Source of the DNA: Candidatus Dadabacteria bacterium
Lineage (GTDB): Bacteria; Desulfobacterota_D; UBA1144; Nemesobacterales; CSP1-2
Direction of reading: 5' to 3'
Assembly: GCA_040289575.1 (NCBI GenBank)
Contig: PSLL01000022.1
Span: 17,920 to 41,948 of the forward strand
Length of the DNA: 24,029 nucleotides
Shown here one piece after another: positions 1 to 8,459 of the stretch (position 1 is its first letter; every line of letters begins with the position of its first letter). Under the pieces are notes generated by a model. That model was not told the DNA's origin and made no database searches. It saw nothing but the letters and a program-made list of their open reading frames with translations. The position numbers and the translations under genes were made by a program.

Positions 1-2
1 CC

Positions 3-125
3 ACAGCAATATATCGAATTTTCAATCATGCATTCAACCCCCTGGGTGTGTATTTAATGACCTTGCAGATATTGGAGTTGGCGGATAGATTTAATGTCTC
101 CGTGGACTGGTTTATAAATCAATGA
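3..125 (+). CDS. Possible 3' end of a gene entering from the left edge; the tail resembles the last helix of XRE/HigA-type HTH proteins
   Basis: Frame is open from base 3 to TGA 123-125 and reads ...MTLQILELADRFNVSVDWFINQ*. Short and not in the ORF track. Confidence 0.25.
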   Translation, partial: TAIYRIFNHAFNPLGVYLMTLQILELADRFNVSVDWFINQ

Positions 126-164
126 CACCTACATACTACAGCTTCTAACTTAGCCTCTAAGTTT

Positions 165-701
165 TCACCTTGCCCATTTTATAGTGCAACCGATGGCGTA
201 TGTGTTCGGGTTTTTTATATCCTTCTGGTTGAGAAGAGCCAAAATTGCATCTCTGAGATAATGCTCTTTAACCTTATTTGGCTCTCTCCAGTTATCGTCA
301 ATCTTTCCGGTGTAGCGGAGCCTTCTACTCTCATCAAAAACGAATATATGAGGTGTGTGGCTCGCCCCATAGGCGCGCGCGACATCTTGAGATTTGTCCC
401 TCAGATAAGGGAAGTTAAACCCCTTTTCTTTTGCCCTCTTTATCATATTCTCGAAGCTATCTTCGGGATAATTCTTATCGTCGTTTGGATTTATGGCGAC
501 AAACGCAACTCCCTTGTCTTTAAATTCTTTCTGAAGGGCAATGAGCCTGTCTTCGTAGGCCTGCACATAAGGGCAATGGTTGCACGTAAACATAACGACT
601 AATACCTTTTTATCTTTAAAATCGGAAAGCAAATAATTTTTCCCATCAACTCCCGGCAGATTAAAATCCGGTGCATTATCTCCAATTTTAATCTCAGCCA
701 T
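165..701 (-). CDS. Thioredoxin-family (AhpC/TSA-like) redoxin
   Basis: [20 protein letters not shown] (CxxC), [15 protein letters not shown] and GCTIKW motifs. Start moved to ATG 701 (MAEIK) because CAGGAGG lies just upstream. Confidence 0.9.
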   Translation of the reverse strand: MAEIKIGDNAPDFNLPGVDGKNYLLSDFKDKKVLVVMFTCNHCPYVQAYEDRLIALQKEFKDKGVAFVAINPNDDKNYPEDSFENMIKRAKEKGFNFPYLRDKSQDVARAYGASHTPHIFVFDESRRLRYTGKIDDNWREPNKVKEHYLRDAILALLNQKDIKNPNTYAIGCTIKWAR

Positions 702-737
702 GTTTATATTCCTCCTGAAGTGAAGTGATTCATGATA

Positions 738-772
738 AATCATGCATCGTGCATCTATTATGTATCATGCAT
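738..772. repeat. Degenerate heptamer tandem repeat (ATCATGC/ATCGTGC type)
   Basis: ATGCATCGTGCATCT at 742-756 is identical to 8887-8901; the same heptamer family occurs at 7864-7893. Confidence 0.65.
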
Positions 773-817
773 TACAGTATACCGTAATAATGCCAATGCC
801 CAGAAGGAAAATTGGTC

Positions 818-847
818 TTGACAGAGGATTATTCACTGTGTGATAAT
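818..847 (+). promoter_or_regulatory. Sigma70-type promoter for mscL
   Basis: TTGACA 818-823, 18 bp spacer, GATAAT 842-847 with an extended -10 TG. Confidence 0.6.
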
Positions 848-873
848 CGTAAAAAAGAGGGGAGAAACCGGAG

Positions 874-1329
874 ATGTTAAAAGAACTTAAAGAACTTGCC
901 ATGCGGGGCAATGTGGTTGATATGGCTGTTGGAATTATAATTGGCGCGGCATTTGGCACTATCGTCCAATCGCTTGTCAGCGATGTTATTATGCCCCCTA
1001 TCGGTCTGGCATTGGGTCACGTTGATTTTTCCAACCTTTTTTTGGTTCTCAAACAGGGGGCAACTGCTGGGCCTTATGCCTCTCTTGATGCGGCTAAAAA
1101 AGCGGGTGCCGTTACGGTCAATTACGGCGCGTTCGTAAATACTGTTATCAGCTTCCTCATAGTTGCCTTTGCCGTGTTTCTTCTCGTGCGCGGCATCAAC
1201 CAGCTCAAGCGCAAAGAGGAAGCCCCGGCAGCAGCGCCTACAATTAAGGAGTGCACGTATTGTGCCTCTACTATCCCCATCAAAGCTACGCGCTGCCCTT
1301 ATTGCACCTCTGAGTTGAAGGCGGCATAA
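874..1329 (+). CDS. mscL: Large-conductance mechanosensitive channel with C-terminal CxxC...CxxC zinc ribbon
   Basis: [32 protein letters not shown] and [16 protein letters not shown] signatures; GGGGAG SD. Confidence 0.97.
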   Translation: MLKELKELAMRGNVVDMAVGIIIGAAFGTIVQSLVSDVIMPPIGLALGHVDFSNLFLVLKQGATAGPYASLDAAKKAGAVTVNYGAFVNTVISFLIVAFAVFLLVRGINQLKRKEEAPAAAPTIKECTYCASTIPIKATRCPYCTSELKAA

Positions 1330-1652
1330 AGGCTATTTAATTTATAAAACCTCGAAGTGTAGTCTTTCTTCGGGTAGATACAAGGCGATATTTAGGATCT
1401 ATGGATCCAAATAATGTGATAAAAAAGTAAATAAATGAGACGAATTACAACCGCGACTGTATAATACAGGGTGCATTGAGTAAATTTATTGAGGTAGCAG
1501 TTCCTATACTAATAAGAAATTTTTATAGAAACCTTTTTGTTACATGTTAGGTTTATATATGAAATAGCATACTCAAAGGGGCTGAGGATAAAAAGCTTCT
1601 TTTAGATGACTAGGAATGCCCTAAAATGATGGAAAAGGAGGTGAAACAAAAG

Positions 1653-1940
1653 ATGCTCAGAGCTATAGCGATTGTCGCGGTGATTATATTTACCCTTACC
1701 GGAGTAACGTTGGCCGCGTCGAAAACGAAGAGAGCCACCCATATAATGTCGGGCAAGGTAGTCTCTGTAGATGCTACGGCTGGCACTGTTACCATAAAGG
1801 TTGAAGATCCTAAGGAGCTAAGCCAGCTTAAAGAAGGCGATAAGGTAATGGTTAGACACGCTCGTACCAAAACCAGCGCCCCTGCACCTGGAAAATCAGA
1901 GACTATGCCTATGGAAAAACCAATGCCTACGCCTAAGTAG
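1653..1940 (+). CDS. Small secreted hypothetical protein (signal peptide, OB-fold-like beta core, Pro/Met-rich tail)
   Basis: AAGGAGGTGA SD at 1635-1644 before ATG 1653; hydrophobic N-terminus ending TLA-A; GKVVSVDATAGTVTI...LKEGDKVMV. Confidence 0.75.
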   Translation: MLRAIAIVAVIIFTLTGVTLAASKTKRATHIMSGKVVSVDATAGTVTIKVEDPKELSQLKEGDKVMVRHARTKTSAPAPGKSETMPMEKPMPTPK

Positions 1941-1970
1941 GGTATGCAGACTGACGATTAAGAGATTTCC

Positions 1971-2010
1971 CTCTACGTGCCTATCCGACCGGGCATATAG
2001 AGCTTTGTTG
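1971..2010 (+). terminator. Possible intrinsic terminator
   Basis: Imperfect stem CTCTACGTGCCT (1971-1982)/GGGCATATAGAG (1991-2002) followed by CTTTGTTG. Confidence 0.3.
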
Positions 2011-2024
2011 TAGCGATTTATAAT

Positions 2025-2054
2025 GGTAGAGGCGGGTTAAAACTCGCCTCTACC
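2025..2054. repeat. GTAG-family REP-like palindrome
   Basis: GGTAGAGGCGGGTT-AA-AACTCGCCTCTACC; arms pair with one G.T and have GTAG/CTAC ends. Confidence 0.75.
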
Positions 2055-2166
2055 GTTTTCCTCCAGCATTAAACCCTTCTTTATATTTCTCATTCATTGG
2101 GCATTAGAACAGGGTATACTATCGTTTATACTAATGTATATATTCTCTCCTAGACTTAGATGAGGC

Positions 2167-3249
2167 ATGGCGATAAAAAAGGAGATTAAAACCCTTGCAA
2201 GACCATCTCTTGCACGAGTGCTGGATGAGTGCTCCGAAGAAGGCGAGCTTTATCAAAAATTAGGGAATAAAAGGGTCCTCTGCTATGCCTGTGGCCATAG
2301 ATGCATAATATACGACGGGCTCAGGGGAATCTGCAAAGTAAGATACAACAGGGACGGAAGGCTCTTTGTTCCAAAGGGATATGTAGCCGCGCTCCAGTGC
2401 GATCCTACAGAGAAAAAGCCATTCTTCCATGTTCTCCCAGGCTCTTTCACATTAACATTCGGAATGCTGGGTTGCGATTATCATTGTGCGTACTGTCAGA
2501 ACTGGCTTACATCCCAGACTCTTCGGGACTCTTCGGCAGGAATAGAGCCGATGATGGTTACAGCAAGACAGATGATTGCCATTGCAAAAAGGTATGGAGC
2601 GAGTATGGTCGGAAGCTCTTACAACGAACCGCTTATTACCGCCGAATGGGCAGCTGATGTTTTTAGGCTTGCAAAGGAGCAGGGGTTTAAGACTGCGTTT
2701 ATATCAAATGGGAATGCGACCCGCGAGGTTTTGGAATACCTGAGACCTATCACCGACTGCTACAAGGTAGACTTGAAATCCATGCAGGATAGGAACTATC
2801 GAAAACTGGGCGGACTTCTAAGCACCGTTCTTGAAACCATCCCTCGACTCGTTGATATGGGTTTCTGGGTAGAGATTGTTACATTAATTATCCCCGGATT
2901 TAACGACTCAGACGAAGAATTAAAATCTGCGGCGAAGTTCCTCGCCTCGGTATCACCCGACATCCCCTGGCATGTCACGGCATTTCATAAAGACTATAAG
3001 ATGACCAACCCCGATAATACCTCGCCTAAAACCCTAATACGCGCTGCCGAAATGGGGTACGAAGCCGGGCTCAGGTTCGTTTACGCAGGAAACCTTCCCG
3101 GATGGGTAAAAAACTATGAAAACACATACTGCCCGAACTGCCATAAACTCTTAGTCGAGCGATACGGATACAAGGTTCTAGATTACCGTATCACTCCCGA
3201 CGGAAGATGCCCTTATTGTTCTACTACTATTCCGGGAATTTGGTGGTGA
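2167..3249 (+). CDS. amrS: AmmeMemoRadiSam system radical SAM enzyme (PFL-activating-enzyme-like)
   Basis: CYACGHRC, GICKVR, DPTEKKPFFH, GCDYHCAYCQNW (CxxxCxxC), YNEP, PWHVTAFH and a C-terminal CPNC...CPYC. Confidence 0.92.
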   Translation: MAIKKEIKTLARPSLARVLDECSEEGELYQKLGNKRVLCYACGHRCIIYDGLRGICKVRYNRDGRLFVPKGYVAALQCDPTEKKPFFHVLPGSFTLTFGMLGCDYHCAYCQNWLTSQTLRDSSAGIEPMMVTARQMIAIAKRYGASMVGSSYNEPLITAEWAADVFRLAKEQGFKTAFISNGNATREVLEYLRPITDCYKVDLKSMQDRNYRKLGGLLSTVLETIPRLVDMGFWVEIVTLIIPGFNDSDEELKSAAKFLASVSPDIPWHVTAFHKDYKMTNPDNTSPKTLIRAAEMGYEAGLRFVYAGNLPGWVKNYENTYCPNCHKLLVERYGYKVLDYRITPDGRCPYCSTTIPGIWW

Positions 3250-3274
3250 GGATGATATAATTTCTATGATTGTT

Positions 3275-3557
3275 TTAGCGATTTGGTCTCCAGATTGATC
3301 CGAATTGATAACTTGAATATGGATCAATGTTGTTCTCTTCTAAATAACATTTCAAGTTGGCTAAAGAGCTTTCAGCAATTTGGACAAAAAAACTTGACTG
3401 GATATACAAGCTGACCGTGTCTATAACAGGGATTTTCATCGTCGTGCTCAGAAGGATAACCGGGTTCTCGGAATTCATGAACTAAATGGTTTCGGTATAC
3501 ATATAAAAGTTCTGCATGTCTTGACTCTTCAATCAATTTAATCACTTTCAGGGTAGT
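3275..3557 (-). pseudogene. 5'-truncated, frameshifted fragment of a hypothetical protein with a HEPN-like RxxxxH motif
   Basis: Joining two track ORFs across the A7 run at 3386-3392 gives ...HAELLYVYRNHLVHEFREPGY...LVYPVKFF|VQIAESSLANLKCYLEENNIDPYSSYQFGSIWRPNR*. RNHLVH is at 3477-3494. Confidence 0.55.
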
Positions 3558-3695
3558 CTTAAAGCTCAATATCCTATTTCCTATGCCGATTCTTTTGCTG
3601 CTCCACTGACAGAGCAGGAGAAAGCAATCCTCCTTACTGGCGATCGGGATTTTAAACGAGTTGAGAAGGTAATAAGGGTGGAATGGCTGGGCTGA
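3558..3695 (+). pseudogene. vapC: C-terminal fragment of a VapC/PIN-domain toxin
   Basis: Translates to LKAQYPISYADSFAAPLTEQEKAILLTGDRDFKRVEKVIRVEWLG* (PIN SxAD and TGDxDF motifs). In-frame TGA at 3522-3524 upstream and no start codon. Confidence 0.8.
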
Positions 3696-3730
3696 CAATC
3701 TTTCACAGCATTTATCCCCTATCCCTAGTT

Positions 3731-3759
3731 TTGATTAACCTTCCCTTTTTCTATATAAT
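3731..3759 (+). promoter_or_regulatory. Sigma70-type promoter for lepA
   Basis: TTGATT 3731-3736, 17 bp spacer, TATAAT 3754-3759. Confidence 0.65.
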
Positions 3760-3797
3760 ATCTTGTTTAATATCCTCAAAAGCTGAGCACAATCTGA

Positions 3798-5580
3798 ATG
3801 GAACCTAGATATATTAGGAATTTCTCTATAATCGCGCATGTGGATCATGGGAAATCTACCCTTGCCGATAGAATCCTGGAGTTTACGGGAACCGTAACCG
3901 AACGCGATATGACTGAGCAGTTTCTCGATCAGATGGAATTAGAAAGGGAGCGTGGAATATCAAGGCTCAGGCCGTAAGGATCAACTACAAATCTGACGAT
4001 GGGATCACTTATGAGTTTAATCTAATTGATACACCAGGGCATGTGGATTTTAGCTATGAGGTTTCAAGGAGTCTTCAAGCCTGCGAGGGCGCGCTTCTTG
4101 TAGTGGATGCCTCGCAAGGGGTTGAGGCTCAAACGGTAGCCCATGCCTATCTTGCGGCAGATTCCGGACTCGAGCTCATTCCAGTCATAAATAAGATTGA
4201 CCTTCCGGCTGCAGATCCTCAGAGGGTAAAAAAAGAGATCGAAGAGGTAATCGGAATAAGTGCAGGAGATGTAGTGCTTGCAAGGAGGGGATTGGAACAA
4301 AGGAGATCCTTGAGGCCATAGTAAAAAAAATTCCGCCGCCCCGTGGAGATTCTGAGAATCCGCTTAAAGCCCTAATCTTCGATAGCTGGTTTGATTCTTA
4401 TCAGGGCGTTGTGATGCTTGTTCGGGTGTTTGAGGGAAAAATCAAGCTCGGAATGAGGATTCAGCTTATGTCTACGGGTAAGGCTTATGAGGTTAAGAAA
4501 CTCGGAATCTTTTCTCCAAGGGCAACAGAAGTAGGAGAGCTTTCCGCCGGAGAGGTGGGGTTTGTTACAGCGGCAATAAAAGAGATAAGTGAGGCAAAGG
4601 TAGGCGATACAATTACAGATGCCCTAAGGCCAACGGATAAGCCACTTTCCGGGTTTCGTGTGATGAAGCCTATGGTGTTTAGCGGTCTATATCCAATTGA
4701 CCCCGGAGAGTATGATAAACTCCGTGATGCGCTTGAGAAGCTCCGACTGAACGATTCTTCTTTTGTTTATGAGCCTGAAACATCCCTTGCCCTCGGATTT
4801 GGATTTCGGTGCGGATTCCTCGGCCTTCTTCACATGGAAATTGTGAGAGAAAGGCTGGAGAGGGAATTTGAGCTTGAGCTTATATCTACCGCGCCAACGG
4901 TTATTTACAGGATTACGGATACAAAGGGGGAAGTGAGTTACGTTGACAACCCAAGTAAACTCCCGTCTTCTGAAAAGATAGAAATAATGGAAGAGCCTTA
5001 TGTGCTCGTAACGATACACACGCCTAGCATGTATTTAGGTGGGATATTTGACCTCTGTGAAAAGAGGCGCGGAATTCAGAAGAATATCAAATATATAACT
5101 CAGGACAGGGTCATTGTGGAATACGAGCTTCCGCTCTCTGAGATAATGTTTGATTTCTTTGACAAACTCAAATCTGTTTCACGCGGCTACGCTTCAATGG
5201 ACTATGAGCTTGTAGGTTATAAGGAGTCGGACCTGGTAAAGCTCGATGTACTTATCAACGGCGACCCGGTGGATGCACTTTCAGTAATAGTCCACAGAGA
5301 AAAGGCATACGAAAGGGGAAAGGAGCTTGTGGAGAAGCTCAGGAAGTTGATTCCGAGACAGCTTTTTGAGGTCGCTCTTCAGGCTGCGATCGGAAACCGG
5401 GTGATCGCGCGTGAAACTGTAAAACCCGTAAGAAAGGACGTTACGGCCAAGTGCTATGGGGGCGATGTAACGAGAAAGAGAAAGCTCCTAGAAAAACAGA
5501 AGGAGGGAAAAAAGCGGCTCAAACAAATTGGAAAGATTGAAATTCCCCAAGAGGCGTTTTTAGCCGTGCTTAAAACCTGA
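3798..5580 (+). pseudogene. lepA: Elongation factor 4 (LepA) disrupted by two frameshifts (near 3959 and 4281); real pseudogene or assembly error
   Basis: ATG 3798 reads [25 protein letters not shown]...ERERGI, shifts to IKAQAV...DTPGHVDF...NKID...VVLA, shifts again to KEGIG..., and ends with the LepA C-terminus [23 protein letters not shown]. Confidence 0.93.
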
Positions 5581-5586
5581 TATTTA

Positions 5587-5650
5587 TAGGGGCGAACACC
5601 TATGTTCGCCCGTCCTTATATTAGGGCAGACACGGGGGTCTGCCCCTACA
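5587..5650. repeat. REP doublet (REPIN-like), GTAG family
   Basis: TAGGGGCGAACA-CCTA-TGTTCGCCC, then GGGCAGAC-ACGGGG-GTCTGCCCCTAC, directly after the lepA stop. Confidence 0.8.
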
Positions 5651-5666
5651 ACAACGTAACGGTTTC

Positions 5667-5695
5667 TTGACTTTAAACCCCTGACTTTTTATTCT
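5667..5695 (+). promoter_or_regulatory. Sigma70-type promoter giving a (nearly) leaderless trpE mRNA
   Basis: TTGACT 5667-5672, 17 bp spacer, TATTCT 5690-5695; ATG 9 nt downstream; no SD. Confidence 0.55.
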
Positions 5696-5704
5696 TCTCT
5701 CATC

Positions 5705-7180
5705 ATGATTTCTCCTACCTTTTCTGAATTCAAGGAAAAACTGAGATTTGGAAACCTTGTGCCCGTTTGGGCGGAGGTTCTTGCGGATTTTGATACACCC
5801 GTGTCGGCTTTAAAAAAGATTGAATCTGGAGATTATGTATTTCTCCTTGAGAGTGTGGAAGGCGGTGAGAAATGGGGGCGATATAGCTTTCTTGGAACCG
5901 AGCCTTCTGCGGTGCTGAGGTCTAAAGGAACTTGTATTGAGATATTGGAAAACGGAGATGTAAAAAGGCATGAAGGAGATCCGGTTGATTCCCTTAGAGA
6001 ACTCCTTTCAAGGTATCATCCTGTAGTCTCTCAGGATTTGCCAAGGTTTCACGGCGGGGCTGTCGGGTATTTCGGTTATGACATTGTCAGATTCATCGAG
6101 AGGCTCCCTGAGATTGGAAGGGATGAGCTGGGGCTCTGGGACTCGACTTTCATGATAACCGACTCGGTTCTTGTGTTTGATAACGTAACCCACAAAATAA
6201 AGGTAATCTCAAACGCCTATGTTTCTGATCCTGCCAATGCAAAAACGGCTTATACTCAGGCGGTTAAGAAAATAGAGTCCATAATCGAGAAACTCCGATC
6301 TCCGGTTTCATTCTATGAGGTCGATGACAGGGAAAAAAGGGGCAGAGTTGAATTTAAATCAAACTTCAAGCCTGAGGAATTCATAGAAGCGGTAAAGAAA
6401 ACAAAGGAATATATTCAGGCGGGCGACATTATTCAGGCTGTAATTTCTCAGAGATGGAGAACTAAATTAGACGTTTCGCCATTTGATTTATACAGGGCGC
6501 TAAGGGTTTTAAACCCTTCGCCGTATATGTTTTATATCAGAGCGGGTGAGGATTTCCTAGTGGGTTCATCTCCTGAGGTAATGGTCAGGGTTGAAGGAGA
6601 CAGAGTAGAGACCCGTCCGATTGCCGGAACAAGGCCAAGAGGAAGGGATGAAAAAGAGGACGCTCAGTTTGAGAAAGAGCTTCTTTCAGACCCTAAAGAG
6701 AGGGCAGAGCATATAATGCTTGTTGACCTTGCAAGAAATGACCTGGGAAGGGTTGCGGAGATTGGAACCGTAAGGGTAAATGAGCTTATGGGTATTGAGA
6801 GATACTCTCACGTCATGCACATAGTATCAAACGTAATCGCAAAGCTCAAAACCGATAAGGACGCTTTTGATGTTATAAAAGCTACTTTCCCCGCCGGAAC
6901 ACTTTCGGGCGCTCCAAAGGTGAGAGCCATGGAGATAATCGAGGAAATAGAGCCGAGCAGAAGGGGGGCTTACGGCGGTGCTGTTGGGTATTTCAGCTTT
7001 TCGGGAAATATGGACACATGTATCACAATAAGAACATTTGTAATAAAAGGGGAAGAAATCTTCATTCAGGCGGGAGCGGGAATCGTCGCGGACTCAGATC
7101 CCCAAAGGGAATACCATGAGACGGTAAATAAGGTGAAGGCTCTTACAAGGGCAGTTGAGATGGCAAAGGCGGGGCTTTGA
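5705..7180 (+). CDS. trpE: Anthranilate synthase component I
   Basis: FLLESVEGGEKWGRYSF, NPSPYM, SSPE, RPIAGTRPRG, KERAEHIMLVDLARND, FPAGTLSGAPKVRAMEII, QAGAGIVADS. Confidence 0.93.
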   Translation: MISPTFSEFKEKLRFGNLVPVWAEVLADFDTPVSALKKIESGDYVFLLESVEGGEKWGRYSFLGTEPSAVLRSKGTCIEILENGDVKRHEGDPVDSLRELLSRYHPVVSQDLPRFHGGAVGYFGYDIVRFIERLPEIGRDELGLWDSTFMITDSVLVFDNVTHKIKVISNAYVSDPANAKTAYTQAVKKIESIIEKLRSPVSFYEVDDREKRGRVEFKSNFKPEEFIEAVKKTKEYIQAGDIIQAVISQRWRTKLDVSPFDLYRALRVLNPSPYMFYIRAGEDFLVGSSPEVMVRVEGDRVETRPIAGTRPRGRDEKEDAQFEKELLSDPKERAEHIMLVDLARNDLGRVAEIGTVRVNELMGIERYSHVMHIVSNVIAKLKTDKDAFDVIKATFPAGTLSGAPKVRAMEIIEEIEPSRRGAYGGAVGYFSFSGNMDTCITIRTFVIKGEEIFIQAGAGIVADSDPQREYHETVNKVKALTRAVEMAKAGL

Positions 7181-7184
7181 ATAA

Positions 7185-7211
7185 AGAGGCGATTCGCGAA
7201 TCGACCCTACA
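7185..7211. repeat. Degenerate GTAG-family REP
   Basis: AGAGGCGATTCGCGAATCGACCCTACA with perfect core palindrome CGATTCGCGAATCG (7190-7203). Confidence 0.65.
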
Positions 7212-7229
7212 ATTACATGGGATAGAAAA

Positions 7230-7823
7230 ATGATCCTGATGATAGATAACTATGACTCATTTACATATAACCTCGTCCACTATTTGGGAGAGTTGGGAGA
7301 GAAAGTTTTGGTTTTTAGGAATGATAAAATCACGATCGAAGAGGTTGGAAGATTAAATCCCGATATAGTTGTGATCTCGCCCGGACCGTGTACCCCCAAG
7401 GAAGCAGGAATTTCGGTGGATTTAATCAAGGAGTTTGCCGGGAGAATTCCAATCCTTGGGGTCTGCTTAGGTCATCAGTCAATCGGTTATGCCTTTGGTG
7501 GAAATATAGTAAGAGCAAAGAGACTACTTCATGGGAAAACCTCTCAGGTATATCACGACGGAAAAGGGATATATGAGGGTGTGCCCAATCCATTTGAGGC
7601 TACGAGGTATCACTCACTTTTGATTGAAAGAGAATCTCTTCCCGACGAACTGGAAGTTACCTCATGGACGGATGAAGGAGAGATAATGGGGGTAAGACAT
7701 AGGGAATATCTGATTGAAGGCGTTCAGTTCCATCCCGAATCAATTCTCACAAAACACGGTAAGGACCTCCTTAGAAATTTTGTTAGAATTGCGAGTTCGG
7801 ATTATAAATTTAAAAACATTTAG
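7230..7823 (+). CDS. trpG: Anthranilate synthase component II / PabA-type glutamine amidotransferase
   Basis: [34 protein letters not shown]; follows trpE. Confidence 0.93.
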   Translation: MILMIDNYDSFTYNLVHYLGELGEKVLVFRNDKITIEEVGRLNPDIVVISPGPCTPKEAGISVDLIKEFAGRIPILGVCLGHQSIGYAFGGNIVRAKRLLHGKTSQVYHDGKGIYEGVPNPFEATRYHSLLIERESLPDELEVTSWTDEGEIMGVRHREYLIEGVQFHPESILTKHGKDLLRNFVRIASSDYKFKNI

Positions 7824-7917
7824 CCGCGAATGAACACGAATAAAGAGTAACGCGGAATAAGGGAATCATATATCGTGCATCTTGTATCCTGTATATTTGT
7901 GTCAATTAGTGGCTATT
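7820..7917 (-). repeat. Composite miniature inverted-repeat element, copy A
   Basis: Ends TAGCCGCGAATGAACACGAAT and ATTTGTGTCAATTAGTGGCTA are imperfect inverted repeats around a heptamer array; the reverse complement aligns with 8812-8933. Confidence 0.7.
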
Positions 7918-7925
7918 CAGTAGAG

Positions 7926-8405
7926 ATGATGACTCAACTCGATGATGAAATATTTATGCGTCTAGCAATTGAAGAGGCTCTAAAGGCTGAGTGTATTGGT
8001 GAGGTACCGATTGGGGCTGTAATTGTAGGAGAAAGTGGAGAGATCATTTCCCGCGCCCATAATCTGCGTGAGGCATCTTTCGATCCGACGGCACATGCCG
8101 AAATTATTGCGATAAGAGAAGCGGCGAAAAAACTGGGGAATTGGCGACTTACAGATACTACCCTTTACGTTACCCTTGAGCCGTGTGCTATGTGTATGGG
8201 GGCGGTAGTTCTTTCAAGGATGAAAAGGGTTGTATTCGGTGCGCGCGATCCAAAGGCCGGTGCCTTAGTCTCCGTTTATAAAATTGGGGCAGACGAAAAA
8301 TTAAATCACAGGGTTCAGGTAGAAGAAGGCGTGTTAAAGGACGAGTGCGCCGATTTGCTCAAGGGGTTTTTTGAAAATCTCCGTGCGGAGAAATCCTCGG
8401 TTTGA
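7926..8405 (+). CDS. tadA: tRNA adenosine(34) deaminase
   Basis: GEVPIGAVIV, DPTAHAE, NWRL, VTLEPCAMC, FGARDPKAGA, LNH. Start moved to ATG 7926 because the upstream extension is repeat DNA. Confidence 0.92.
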   Translation: MMTQLDDEIFMRLAIEEALKAECIGEVPIGAVIVGESGEIISRAHNLREASFDPTAHAEIIAIREAAKKLGNWRLTDTTLYVTLEPCAMCMGAVVLSRMKRVVFGARDPKAGALVSVYKIGADEKLNHRVQVEEGVLKDECADLLKGFFENLRAEKSSV

Positions 8406-8419
8406 CAGGAATTTTGTTA

Positions 8420-8445
8420 TAGGAGCAGTTCGCAAAATGCTCCTA
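8420..8445. repeat. REP-like hairpin between convergent genes (may act as a bidirectional terminator)
   Basis: TAGGAGCA-GTTCGCAAAA-TGCTCCTA. Confidence 0.6.
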
Positions 8446-8459
8446 ATGTTCAGCACACA

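Noticed and set aside
3372..3698. 108-aa minus-strand ORF as an intact gene
   Set aside because: Its first part is the antisense of the PIN fragment; only the distal part looks like real coding sequence.
7875..7925. N-terminal extension of TadA (MHLVSCIFVSISGYSVE)
   Set aside because: Mostly translated repeat-element DNA; the conserved protein begins at 7926/7929.
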